From assembly GCA_947501605.1 (NCBI GenBank), contig CANMWZ010000010.1, forward strand, positions 1-64,000: a DNA stretch of 64,000 nt, given 5' to 3'. The notes below the pieces were generated by a model. That model was not told the DNA's origin and made no database searches. It saw only the letters and a list, made by a program, of their open reading frames with translations. The stretch comes from Planctomycetota bacterium. GTDB lineage: Bacteria > Planctomycetota > UBA1135 > UBA2386. Made by a program: the position numbers and the translations under genes. Shown here piece by piece: positions 1-8,691 of the stretch; the stretch's first letter is position 1; each line of letters begins with the position of its first letter.

Positions 1-136
1 GCGCAAGGTGTCGCCCTGCACGATGCGGCAGGTCCGCGCGTCGTTGACGTTCCTGTACACGACGACGCTCGGGCGCCCCGTCGAAGTGGATCACCTGCCG
101 ATGCAGCGGCGGATGAAGCGGTTGCCGTTGGTCCTG
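1..136 (+). pseudogene. Truncated fragment of the tyrosine recombinase gene (identical copy of 643-778)
   Basis: Bases 1-136 read identically to 643-778 (encoding ...VSPCTMRQVRASLTFLYTTTLGRPVEVDHLPMQRRMKRLPLVL) and then diverge abruptly. The window edge cuts the 5' part. Confidence 0.8.
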
Positions 137-276
137 GCGTCCGTGTGCGTGCACCGCCGTCCCCCGAGGCCCTGCGAAGAATCCTCGCCAGCGCGCCGCC
201 TTCGACCCCGTGGACGGGCCCCATGGCCGCCAGGGTCACCCGGCTCGCGCCTCGGCCGCGAGTACTCTCCAGACCC

Positions 277-302
277 GTTGAACGAAGCCGCTTCGCGGCA
301 GC
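277..302 (+). repeat. Left terminal inverted repeat (begins with GTTRRRY core-like GTTGAAC)
   Basis: GTTGAACGAAGCC-GCTTC-GCGGCAGC versus the reverse complement of 2845-2869, GTTGAACGAAGCC-CGTA-GCGGCAGC: 13 + 8 bp identical. Confidence 0.8.
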
Positions 303-472
303 TACGTCCCGGTAGTTCGAGTCCACCCCGCAAGTTCCGTCGTTCCCGCCACCGTCCCCGCAGGGGTTCCGCATCCCCGCGATCAGGACGATCCCCGTAG
401 CGGTTGTTGCCCTTCCCGTGGCTGCTCACGACGGTCGCAGCCTTCCCTGTTCCAACGCCGACGGAGGGCGAC

Positions 473-1330
473 ATGGGCGAGCTTTGCGAGAAGATGCGTG
501 GCGATCTCAAGATTGCCGGTCACAGCCCGAGCACGACGAAGATCTACCTGATGTACGCGCGACAGCTGGCGCGCCACCACATGCGGTCGCCGGCCGAGAT
601 GGGCCGTGACGAGATCCGCGAGTTCATGCTGCATCTTGCCGAGCGCAAGGTGTCGCCCTGCACGATGCGGCAGGTCCGCGCGTCGTTGACGTTCCTGTAC
701 ACGACGACGCTCGGGCGCCCCGTCGAAGTGGATCACCTGCCGATGCAGCGGCGGATGAAGCGGTTGCCGTTGGTCCTGAGCGGCACCGAGGTGGGGCAGA
801 TCCTCGGCATGATCCGCAAGGACAGCTACCGCGTGATGGTGATGGCGATGTACTCGGCCGGCCTCCGCTCTCTTGAAGCGGTGCGGCTGCGCGCCAGTGA
901 CGTCGACAGCAAGCGCAACGTGATCCGGGTGGAGCAAGGCAAGGGCAAGAAGGACCGCTACACGCTGCTGTCGAAGCGGTTCCTGATCGAGTTGCGTGCC
1001 TACTGGGCGAAGCATCGGCCCGCAGGCCCCTGGTTGTTCCCGGGCGACACGGCCGACGGCCACATCAGCACCGAAGCCGTGCGCCGCGTCTTCACGGACG
1101 CCGTCGAGGCCGCGGGCATCGAGAAGCGCGTGCGCCCGCACTCTCTGCGCCACAGCTTCGCCACGCACCTGCGCGAGCTCGGCGTCGACCTCTCAGTGAT
1201 CCAGGCGTTGCTCGGCCATGCGAACATCAAGTCGACGGCGATCTACCTGCACACGTCGGTCGAGACGCTGATGAAGACCAAGAGCCCGCTCGACCACCTG
1301 GGCACCTCGACCGGCCAGGCCCTCGGGTAG
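473..1330 (+). CDS. Tyrosine recombinase/integrase (N-terminal SAM-like domain + catalytic domain)
   Basis: GGAGG RBS at 463-467 before ATG 473. Catalytic motifs GLRSLE (R), GKGKKDR (K), HSLRHSFATH (HxxR), LGH and TAIY (Y) are all present. Confidence 0.93.
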   Translation: MGELCEKMRGDLKIAGHSPSTTKIYLMYARQLARHHMRSPAEMGRDEIREFMLHLAERKVSPCTMRQVRASLTFLYTTTLGRPVEVDHLPMQRRMKRLPLVLSGTEVGQILGMIRKDSYRVMVMAMYSAGLRSLEAVRLRASDVDSKRNVIRVEQGKGKKDRYTLLSKRFLIELRAYWAKHRPAGPWLFPGDTADGHISTEAVRRVFTDAVEAAGIEKRVRPHSLRHSFATHLRELGVDLSVIQALLGHANIKSTAIYLHTSVETLMKTKSPLDHLGTSTGQALG

Positions 1331-1333
1331 GCG

Positions 1334-2599
1334 GTGCCGTCGGGGTTCTCGCGGCCTCGGTTCGAGGTCGCGGACATCGTGCGTGCGCACGAGGCGGAGC
1401 TGCGCCTTCGCCGTGTCGTGACGCACCGAGAAGCCAAGGTGCTGCGGCACATTGGCCAGTGCCGCACATTGTCTCTTGGCGGCCACCGCGACGTCTGCGA
1501 CGGCTGCGGCTACGAGAAGCTCTCCTACAACTCGTGCCGCGACCGGCACTGCCCGAAGTGCCAGGGGACCGAGCGGGCGAAGTGGCTCGACCGCCGGCTG
1601 GAGCACGTCCTGCCGATCCCGTACTTCCACGTTGTCTTCACGCTGCCCCCTGCCGTCCACGCGCTCGTGTTCGCGAACAAGGAGCTGCTGTACGCCGCGC
1701 TGTTCGAGGCGTCCGCGGGCAGCCTGCAACAACTGGCTCGCGACGAGCAACGCCTAGGTGCCGAGCTCGGCTTCACCTCGGTGCTGCACACCTGGGGCCA
1801 GAAGCTCACGTTCCACCCGCATGTGCACTGCGTCGTCACCGGCGGCGGGCTCCGCAAGGACGGCACGCGGTGGGTGGCTGCGCGCGAGCAGTACCTGCTG
1901 CCGGTGAAGCCGATGTCGCGGTTGTTCCGAGGGAAGTTCGTGGCCCTGCTGCAGGGTCTGCGCCGCGCAGGGGAGCTGCACCTCCCGGGGAAGCTCGAGG
2001 CCCTGCGCGACGACGCGACGTGGGCGGCGTTCCGCGCCAAGCTCTATGCCACGGAGTGGGTGGTGTACTGCAAGCCGCCGTTCGGCGGTCCGGAGCAGGT
2101 GTTCGCGTACCTGGGCCGCTACACGCACCGCGTTGCGATCAGCAACCATCGCATCCGCGCCTTCGCCGACGGCCGCGTGACGTTCGCCTATCGCGACTAT
2201 GCCGACGGCAATCGCAAGAAGGAGCTGGCGCTGTCGGGGGTCGAGTTTCTGCGGCGATTCCTGCTGCACGTCCTGCCGCGCGGGTTCGTGCGGCTCCGCC
2301 ACTACGGCCTGCACGCGTCGAGCAACGTGAGCACCAAGCTGGTCGAGGCGCGAAGGCTGCTGGGGGACGCCCCCGCGCCGGCCACCGAGGAGGCTTCCGC
2401 CGACGTGTCCGCTCCGGCGACGGCGGTCCGCCCCGAGCGAGCGCGAGCTGTCGTGCCGGCGAAGGAATCGTGGTGGGAGACGATCCTGCGGCACACCGGG
2501 GTCGACGTCCGGGCTTGCCCGCACTGCAAGACGGGCCGCCTGGTCCGCCATCCGCTGTGGGGATCGGCCGAACCGGCACGAGGGCCACCGGCGGCATGA
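1334..2599 (+). CDS. IS91-family rolling-circle transposase (Zn-binding N-terminus + Y2 domain)
   Basis: CDGC and SCRDRHCPKC zinc motifs, HVVFTLP, HUH motif HPHVH, Y2 motif YLGRY, RFLLHVLPRGFVRLRHYG, and C-terminal CPHC. Confidence 0.93.
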   Translation: MPSGFSRPRFEVADIVRAHEAELRLRRVVTHREAKVLRHIGQCRTLSLGGHRDVCDGCGYEKLSYNSCRDRHCPKCQGTERAKWLDRRLEHVLPIPYFHVVFTLPPAVHALVFANKELLYAALFEASAGSLQQLARDEQRLGAELGFTSVLHTWGQKLTFHPHVHCVVTGGGLRKDGTRWVAAREQYLLPVKPMSRLFRGKFVALLQGLRRAGELHLPGKLEALRDDATWAAFRAKLYATEWVVYCKPPFGGPEQVFAYLGRYTHRVAISNHRIRAFADGRVTFAYRDYADGNRKKELALSGVEFLRRFLLHVLPRGFVRLRHYGLHASSNVSTKLVEARRLLGDAPAPATEEASADVSAPATAVRPERARAVVPAKESWWETILRHTGVDVRACPHCKTGRLVRHPLWGSAEPARGPPAA

Positions 2600-2844
2600 G
2601 CTGGCTCGACGAACTCAGCAGGTCAGCGATTCCTCCCGGCCGATGGACTCGATCGGGCAGGGATCTTCGTCGTCGACGTCGGTCGTGCGCGGCGATTGCC
2701 AGAGCGATAACCCGCCATGGCGACCGGCCCTCGGTGTTAATCCGACCTGCCTTGGGCGGGGGCATGGAGCGGATCGGGTCCATCAGCCGAGGTCCTTGGG
2801 CGTCCGGGCCGAGGCGCGCGCTCGAAACCCCATAGGGCGGGGCC

Positions 2845-2869
2845 GCTGCCGCTACGGGCTTCGTTCAAC
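2845..2869 (+). repeat. Right terminal inverted repeat (ends in RYYYAAC inverse-core-like GTTCAAC)
   Basis: Reverse complement of 277-302, apart from a 4-5 nt central segment. Confidence 0.8.
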
Positions 2870-2952
2870 AACGAGTTGCGCGCATGCGCGATGTTGGCCG
2901 CCGATCGAGCGTTGCGGGCCTCGCGACGCGCGCAACTCGCTGTCTCTTAACC
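2863..2952 (+). other. attC-like imperfect palindrome (putative ssDNA recombination site)
   Basis: GTTCAAC - 5 nt - GTTGCGC ... GCGCAAC - 9 nt - CTTAACC. CGAGTTGCGCGC (2872-2883) and GCGCGCAACTCG (2928-2939) form a perfect 12-bp inverted repeat. Confidence 0.5.
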
Positions 2953-3112
2953 AGAGAACCGGCTCTCCCCAACTCTCCGGAGAGCACGCCGCCGAACCTG
3001 ACCGCGAGCCTCGCAGTACGAACCCGCACAACCGCGCCCATCACCCCGCCACCCGCCACTCTGCCGCAACCCCCGGCAACTCCACCCCTTCCACCCGCCC
3101 GCCACAAACGAC

Positions 3113-3143
3113 ACCGCCCCGTGGTTCATCACCACGAGGCGGT
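3113..3143 (-). terminator. Putative intrinsic terminator downstream of tRNA-Asn
   Basis: Minus-strand hairpin ACCGCCTCGTGG / CCACGGGGCGGT (one G-U pair), followed by GTCGTTT. Confidence 0.55.
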
Positions 3144-3166
3144 CTCGATCGCTGTCTCCAGCGAGC

Positions 3167-3242
3167 TGGCTCCTCGAGCAGGACTTGAACCTGCGACCCG
3201 GTGATTAACAGTCACCTGCTCTACCAACTGAGCTATCGAGGA
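3167..3242 (-). tRNA. tRNA-Asn(GTT)
   Basis: Reverse complement TCCTCGATAGCTCAGTTGGTAGAGCAGGTGACTGTTAATCACCGGGTCGCAGGTTCAAGTCCTGCTCGAGGAGCCA: 76 nt, cloverleaf, GTT anticodon, encoded CCA. Confidence 0.97.
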
Positions 3243-3588
3243 TTACTGCCGCAGCCTTGTCGGCCAACAGCGGCCGAGAACCGTAGCAACCGGCCTGTTC
3301 CGGTCAAGCGCGACCTGAAGGGAACTCTTGGGCCAAAGGCAGGATCCGCCGACGGTTGCGGTGCCTTCTCGAACCGGTCGCTCAGGCGAGGGGCCTGGGT
3401 TGGCGGCGTGGTCTTGGCGAGCGGCGGAAAGCCGGTGGCCACTCACCTCCTGCCTGCGGGCGCGGTAGCTGGTCCGAATTCTGCGGCGCACGAACTGCGG
3501 CGAAGCTGCAGACTCGACTCCGTTCGCGCTCCTTGATCGGAAACCAGATCCCGAGCCTTCGGCGACGGAGCCGTTGTTCAACCGGCTG

Positions 3589-4755
3589 CTAGGCGCGCCG
3601 CAGCGCCTGGGTTGGGAGCATGCGAGCGGCTCGCAAGGCCGGGAAGGCACCTCCGACAAGGCCCAGAAGGGTGGCAAACAGGATGGCCCAGCCAAGTACC
3701 GAAGGCGTGGTGCGGAACGCAAACGTGACCTCCGAGAAGGTCTGGTTCATGGTGCCGGTCTCCATGCCTTGGAAGGGTACGACGAGCACGCAGCCAAGGA
3801 CTCCGCCGAGCATGCCGAGCAGGGTCGCCTCAAACAGAAACGATGCGAACACGGCGAACGGCCGGTAGCCGACTGCCTGCAGGATGCCGATCTCGTGGGT
3901 CCGCGAACTGATGGCAGCCAGCATCGCGTTGGTACCGGTGAACACCGCGGCGATGCCCATGATGACGGCGAGAAACAGGCCGAGGATCGTGAACTGCAGC
4001 GTCAGGCGCTCTGTCTGGCTCGCCAAGTACTGGCGTTCGGACTGCACCCTGGGCTGGAGGCGGAGGTCCTCTGTGTAGCGCGCTTCGACGGCGGCTAGGT
4101 CGGCATCGGGGCGGACCTTGGCGATGACGCGACTTCGGACTGGCCGCTGGAGAGCCTGACTGAGGCGCTCTAGGTCACCCCAGATTTCACTCCGGTAGCC
4201 ACCTTTGCCTGAAAACACGCCGACCACGCGGAATGGCACAGTGTTGATCTGCATGACTTCGCCGAGGCGGCACTCTGGCACGCGACCGACGAGGCCTTCG
4301 CCGACGATGATCTCGTCGCTATTCGCCACAAAGTTGCGCCCGTCGACGATGCGAACGTCGTCGCCATGGATTGCAAACGTCATGGGTTCGACACCGCGCA
4401 ACGCGACATTGGTCTCACCGCCGTCGGCCTTGCGGCGGCGCACGGCGAGATACATCTCCGCGCTCGCGAGTGGTCGACCGTTGCTGTCTTGCACCACCTC
4501 GGGCACTTCCTTGGTGAGCAGTTGCGTCTGCTCCTTGGTGATGCCTGATTCGCCTTCGGACGTGGCGCCCTTGCGCAAGAACACGGCGATGTCATTGCGG
4601 CCATTCTGTTGAAAGAGCGTCACGAAGCCTTGCTGCAGCGACAGCATGAACGCGAGGACTGCGACGGTGGCGCCGATTGCGCACATCGTCAAACCGGTCG
4701 AGGAGCGGCGCACCCACAAGCTACGCAGGTTGTAGCGGAATGGAACGAGAGCCAT
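3589..4755 (-). CDS. MacB/FtsX-like ABC transporter permease
   Basis: N-terminal TM, large periplasmic loop, RTHEIGILQAVGY motif, C-terminal GGAFPALRAARM. TGATG overlap with the upstream gene. Confidence 0.9.
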   Translation of the reverse strand: MALVPFRYNLRSLWVRRSSTGLTMCAIGATVAVLAFMLSLQQGFVTLFQQNGRNDIAVFLRKGATSEGESGITKEQTQLLTKEVPEVVQDSNGRPLASAEMYLAVRRRKADGGETNVALRGVEPMTFAIHGDDVRIVDGRNFVANSDEIIVGEGLVGRVPECRLGEVMQINTVPFRVVGVFSGKGGYRSEIWGDLERLSQALQRPVRSRVIAKVRPDADLAAVEARYTEDLRLQPRVQSERQYLASQTERLTLQFTILGLFLAVIMGIAAVFTGTNAMLAAISSRTHEIGILQAVGYRPFAVFASFLFEATLLGMLGGVLGCVLVVPFQGMETGTMNQTFSEVTFAFRTTPSVLGWAILFATLLGLVGGAFPALRAARMLPTQALRRA

Positions 4756-5924
4756 CACCCGACCTCCCTGAGAGCTGCGACGGTCGTTAGTCGCGCCGCG
4801 CGCAAGCCTGGCACGATGCCGGACACGAGTCCGATCCCGAGTGCCAAGCCGGCGCCGAGCAGAAGCGTGGACCGATCAAAGGCGAAGCCCGGCATCATGG
4901 CTGAGACCGAGGCCTGAAACGCGGGCTCGAGTGCGACGCCGAGGCCGATGCCGACGACGGCGCCGAGTGCACACAGCAGGAGCGATTCGCCGATCAGGAG
5001 GCCTGCAGTCACCGCATCGGAGAAACCCAGTGCCTTCAGGATGCCGATGTCCTTCGTCCGCTCGCGGCCAGCCATGATCATGGTGTTGAGCACGGCGAAG
5101 AAGATCGCGAACAGCACCGCGCTGCCGACCATTTGCATCAGTGTGGGGACGTCCCCGAGCATCGTCACGAACTGGCGATTGAACTCGGCTTCCGTTGTGG
5201 TTTGCACGCGCTGCGGCCCATTCTCGAAGAGCGCATCCGCCGCGCTCTGCACAGCGACCGGGTCGGCTCCCGGCGCGACGCGCAGCATGTATAGGCCGAC
5301 GCCCTCGGGGCCTTGCGCGCCGCCCTGCTCGAGCGACTCGCGCAGGTAGTCGAAGCGAAAGTACATCGTCTGCTGGTCGATCGTCGGGGTGTCGCTGACG
5401 TAGATACCAGCAATGGTGAACTGCCAGGGTTGGCCGTCCGTGCGCTGAAAGATGGTGCCCAGGATGGGGACTGTCTGCCCGACCTTCCAGCCGTACTTCG
5501 TCGCGGTGTCCCGGCCGACGATGCAGGCGGTGCGGTTCTTGGCGAATTCCTCGTAGCTGCCCTCTGCAATCGTGATTTCTGGGTAACTCGTGCGGAACGG
5601 TTCGGCATCGATCCCGAACTGTGCAAAGAAACCACCTTTGTCTTGCTCATAGCGACCGCCGAACCACTGCCACTTGCAAATCGCCTCGACGCCGGGGACG
5701 GCTGCGAGCTTCTGCTGGTAGGCCATTGGCAGGTCCACATAGAGGCTCACTGCGGACTGCACCAGCAAGCGGTTCGAAGCGGCCGCGCTGACGGTGCGGG
5801 TGAGGCCCGAAACCACTGCGTTCAGCACGCAGATCAAGAACACCGCGACGGCGACGGACAGAATCGTCAGTAGCGATCGCAGCCAGTGGCCGGTGACATT
5901 GCGGAACAGGAGGTGGAACGGCAT
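4755..5924 (-). CDS. MacB/FtsX-like ABC transporter permease
   Basis: Likely start MPFHLLFRN at 5924 (overlaps the ATPase stop). ERTKDIGILKALGF and SGIVPGLRAARL motifs. Confidence 0.9.
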   Translation of the reverse strand: MPFHLLFRNVTGHWLRSLLTILSVAVAVFLICVLNAVVSGLTRTVSAAASNRLLVQSAVSLYVDLPMAYQQKLAAVPGVEAICKWQWFGGRYEQDKGGFFAQFGIDAEPFRTSYPEITIAEGSYEEFAKNRTACIVGRDTATKYGWKVGQTVPILGTIFQRTDGQPWQFTIAGIYVSDTPTIDQQTMYFRFDYLRESLEQGGAQGPEGVGLYMLRVAPGADPVAVQSAADALFENGPQRVQTTTEAEFNRQFVTMLGDVPTLMQMVGSAVLFAIFFAVLNTMIMAGRERTKDIGILKALGFSDAVTAGLLIGESLLLCALGAVVGIGLGVALEPAFQASVSAMMPGFAFDRSTLLLGAGLALGIGLVSGIVPGLRAARLTTVAALREVG

Positions 5925-6634
5925 CAGGCCTTCCCCGCGAGCTTGCGGTTGTCCTCGATGCGGCCGAGCTTGCCCTTGTCGAGGTGGATCACCTTGTCGG
6001 CGTAGCCCGCGGCCTCGGGATCGTGTGTGACCATCAAGATGGTCTTCTTCAACTCGCGGTTGAGCCGCTGCAGTAGCTGGAGAACCTGGTTGGCGGTCGT
6101 GCGATCGAGGTCGCCTGTGGGTTCGTCGGCCAGGATCAAGGTGGGATCGGTCGCAATCGCGCGGGCAATGGCGACGCGTTGTTCTTGGCCACCGGACAGT
6201 TCGCGCGGCTTGTGGTCCATGCGGTCGGTGAGGCCGACGAGCTCCAGAGCCCGCTCGGCTTGCGCGCGCCGTTCGCGCTTCTTCAGTGGCGATAGCATCA
6301 GTGGCAGTTCGACGTTTTCGCGCGCGCTGAGTACCGGCAGAAGATTGAATCCCTGAAAGACGAAGCCGACGTTCTCGGCGCGCCAACGAGCCAGTTGGCT
6401 GCCCGAGTAGTTGCTGAGATTCTCGCCGCCGATGATGACGTCACCGGTGTCGGCGACGTCGAGGCCGCCGATCAAATTGAGCAAAGTTGTCTTGCCCGAG
6501 CCCGACGGACCCATCAGCGCATAGAAGGTACCCGCATCCATGTGCAGGTCGAGCTCATCGAGTACGCGCAGCGTTTCGCCGCCGCGCTGGTAGGCCTTGG
6601 TGAGGCGGCGGATTTCGATCGTGGAGTCAGTCAT
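5924..6634 (-). CDS. ABC transporter ATP-binding protein (LolD/MacB-like)
   Basis: Walker A GPSGSGKT, signature LSGGQEQR, Walker [10 protein letters not shown]-loop VTHD. Confidence 0.95.
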   Translation of the reverse strand: MTDSTIEIRRLTKAYQRGGETLRVLDELDLHMDAGTFYALMGPSGSGKTTLLNLIGGLDVADTGDVIIGGENLSNYSGSQLARWRAENVGFVFQGFNLLPVLSARENVELPLMLSPLKKRERRAQAERALELVGLTDRMDHKPRELSGGQEQRVAIARAIATDPTLILADEPTGDLDRTTANQVLQLLQRLNRELKKTILMVTHDPEAAGYADKVIHLDKGKLGRIEDNRKLAGKA

Positions 6635-6684
6635 GGCGGGTCAGGGGCAAGCGTCGTGGGGTCGCGCTGTGGTGGGGGCGAAGG

Positions 6685-8109
6685 TCACTTGCTGTCGATG
6701 CGGATGCGGTCGCCGGAGTTGAGGGTCGGCGGCGGGGCAATGACGACAGTCTGACCTGGCGTGAGACCGCTTTCGACCGCGATGCTGCCCGACTTGGGTT
6801 CGCCGAGTTGCAGGGCGACGAAGGTCACGGTGTCGCGTTCGACGACAAAGGCGCCGCGCCTTTGGTCGAGCGTGACGATCGCACTCTCCGGCAGGATCGC
6901 GAGCGCGGGACTTGCCGTCGTGGCCTCGGCGTCGCCTTCGACGACTCCCTGGACGGTCCGGAACACGATGCGAACACCCATCTCGGGTCGGAGTGCCTCG
7001 ACGCGTTCGAGCAGCTTGACGCGCACCTCGACGGTCGCCTTCTGGCGGTCAGCAGTTGGCCAGATGCGATCGACGACGCCGCGCATTCCCTGCCCAGGGA
7101 AGGCGTCGAGAAAGACCATCGCGGGCGCGCCTTGGCGCACGGCCGACAGAGCTGTCTCCGGTACGTTGGCTTGCACCTCGAGCGAGTCGAAGTCGACCAT
7201 CGTGCAGACGGCGCCGCGCGCGTTGCTGCCGCCCTGGCTGTTGGGCGACACCACCTCGCCGACTTCGGCATCCTTGAGCACAACGACGCCGTCGAACGGC
7301 GCGCGCACGTTGGTCTTGTCGAGCGTCGCCTGCGCCTGCTGCTGGGAGGCTAGGGCCGCTTGCCGCTGCGCTGCTGCTACCTGCTGATCGGCGATTGCGA
7401 CTTCCACGCGCATGGCGGCGCTGGTCGCTGCCGATCGAGCGCGGCGCAACACGGCCTCCAACGAGTGGACCCGCGCCAGCGCGGCGTTGGTCTCGCTGCG
7501 CGCCCGCTCGACGTCGCGCGGCGAACCGATGGTCTGCTGCAACAGGTCCTCGGCGCGTCGCAGGTCGGCAGAGGCGAACTCCTGCTGCGCCTTTGCCTCT
7601 AGGAGTTGCTGCTCCTGACTGGTCACGGTGTCGAGGCTCTGGTTGGCTTCGGCCAGGGCGGCCTCGTAGGCGGCCTTGCTGCGTACGACGTTGCTCGCCG
7701 CCACCGCGGCATCGGCCTTGCTGCGGTCGAGGGCGGCCACGAGCTCGTCGCTGTAGAGCTTGGCAACGATCTCGCCCTGCTTCACCACGGAGCCCTCGGT
7801 CACCAGCATCTCGACGATGCGACCGGGCACGTCGGACGACAACGCGGCTCGCCGTGCAGCGATGACGTAGCCATTCGCTGACGTTCCGGAGATCGCTGCG
7901 GCCGCCGCCGCCGCGGGCGCGCGCACGACCAGCACTTTGACCTCGGGGAGCTGCATGCGGTCGCGGAACTGCAGCACCGCCGGCAAGAACAGCCAGGCGG
8001 CAGCAACCAGCGCGAGCAACGCGAGGCCCCGGAGGATCCAGGGCTTGCCCATTCGGTGACTGGGTGTGGTGCTGGTCTTACGATCGATTTTGAGCTGCTG
8101 CAGATCCAC
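6685..8109 (-). CDS. Efflux membrane-fusion (periplasmic adaptor) protein, MacA-like
   Basis: N-terminal TM, lipoyl half-motifs PGRIVEMLVTEGSVVKQG and VRAPFDGVV, long coiled coil, LRPEM. Confidence 0.9.
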   Translation of the reverse strand: MDLQQLKIDRKTSTTPSHRMGKPWILRGLALLALVAAAWLFLPAVLQFRDRMQLPEVKVLVVRAPAAAAAAAISGTSANGYVIAARRAALSSDVPGRIVEMLVTEGSVVKQGEIVAKLYSDELVAALDRSKADAAVAASNVVRSKAAYEAALAEANQSLDTVTSQEQQLLEAKAQQEFASADLRRAEDLLQQTIGSPRDVERARSETNAALARVHSLEAVLRRARSAATSAAMRVEVAIADQQVAAAQRQAALASQQQAQATLDKTNVRAPFDGVVVLKDAEVGEVVSPNSQGGSNARGAVCTMVDFDSLEVQANVPETALSAVRQGAPAMVFLDAFPGQGMRGVVDRIWPTADRQKATVEVRVKLLERVEALRPEMGVRIVFRTVQGVVEGDAEATTASPALAILPESAIVTLDQRRGAFVVERDTVTFVALQLGEPKSGSIAVESGLTPGQTVVIAPPPTLNSGDRIRIDSK

Positions 8110-8232
8110 CGCCGCAGGATAGCGGCCTGTTGGTGCGCAGTCGCGATTGTGTCCTCAATGCCGCGCCGATGTCAGCGCCGGGCGAAGGACACAAGGTTCG
8201 CATCCGCCTGCGCCGATCGTAGTCTTGCGCCC

Positions 8233-8691
8233 ATGTCGACTCCGGTTGTGCGAAGGATCCTGGCTCCCGTCGAGCTGGCCGACTCGAGCGAGCCGGACCT
8301 CGGCTACGCGATTCGGCTGGCCGCGCAGTTGCGGGCGGAGTTGGTACTCCTAGCCGTGATCGACACGCCGACCACCGTTGGTTTGATCGGGCGTCACCGG
8401 GCGATGGCAGGAGGCGGTCGCGACTTCGAGCAGAACCTCATGCACGAAGTGAAGGGTATCCTGCAAACCAATGTCGATCTGGCCGCGCGTTCTGGGGTTC
8501 GGGCGCTCGGACATGCGACCCGCAGCGAAGAGGTCGAAGAGCAGATCCTGAAGGAGGCCGTGTTGCAGCGCGTCGATCTGATTCTGGTGCGATCGCATGG
8601 CAAGACAGGCTTCATGAAGGCACTGCTCGGAAGCACGGCTGGCGAGATCCTCAAGGCAGCGCCGTGTCCGGTGCTGGTGGCGCGCGTCTGA
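8233..8691 (+). CDS. Universal stress protein (UspA family)
   Basis: RRILAPVE...DLILVRSHGKTGFMKALLGSTAGEILKAAPCPVLV, a typical USP C-terminal motif. Start assumed at ATG 8233. Confidence 0.9.
   Translation: MSTPVVRRILAPVELADSSEPDLGYAIRLAAQLRAELVLLAVIDTPTTVGLIGRHRAMAGGGRDFEQNLMHEVKGILQTNVDLAARSGVRALGHATRSEEVEEQILKEAVLQRVDLILVRSHGKTGFMKALLGSTAGEILKAAPCPVLVARV

Larger units (their letters stand above)
277..2946 (+). mobile_element. Tyrosine recombinase + IS91-family (Y2/HUH) transposase element with inverted termini and attC-like right end
   Basis: Two adjacent co-oriented genes 3 bp apart, flanked by GTTGAACGAAGCC (277-289) and its reverse complement GGCTTCGTTCAAC (2857-2869). The exact right boundary is inferred. 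Confidence 0.8.

Noticed and set aside
246..2818. 12-bp inverted match CGCGCCTCGGCC (246-257) / GGCCGAGGCGCG (2807-2818)
   Set aside because: Almost pure GC, and its geometry is inconsistent with the terminal repeats (one copy outside, one inside), so probably chance.
1459..2835. 458-aa alternate-frame ORF overlapping the transposase
   Set aside because: R/P/A-rich frame-shift shadow with no domain signature.
277..2952. Classical integron with cassette array
   Set aside because: Only one attC-like structure and no series of cassette ORFs. The recombinase lies inside the cassette-like unit rather than beside an attI.
3000..3112. C-rich/G-poor skewed tract next to the tRNA terminator
   Set aside because: No defined repeat unit or ORF. 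It could form G-rich structures on the minus strand, but there is no support for a function.
3167..3242. tRNA-Asn as the attachment site of the integrase element
   Set aside because: No duplicated tRNA 3' end was seen in the window, and the element's end lies beyond the tRNA's own terminator. A larger island extending left of the window cannot be excluded.
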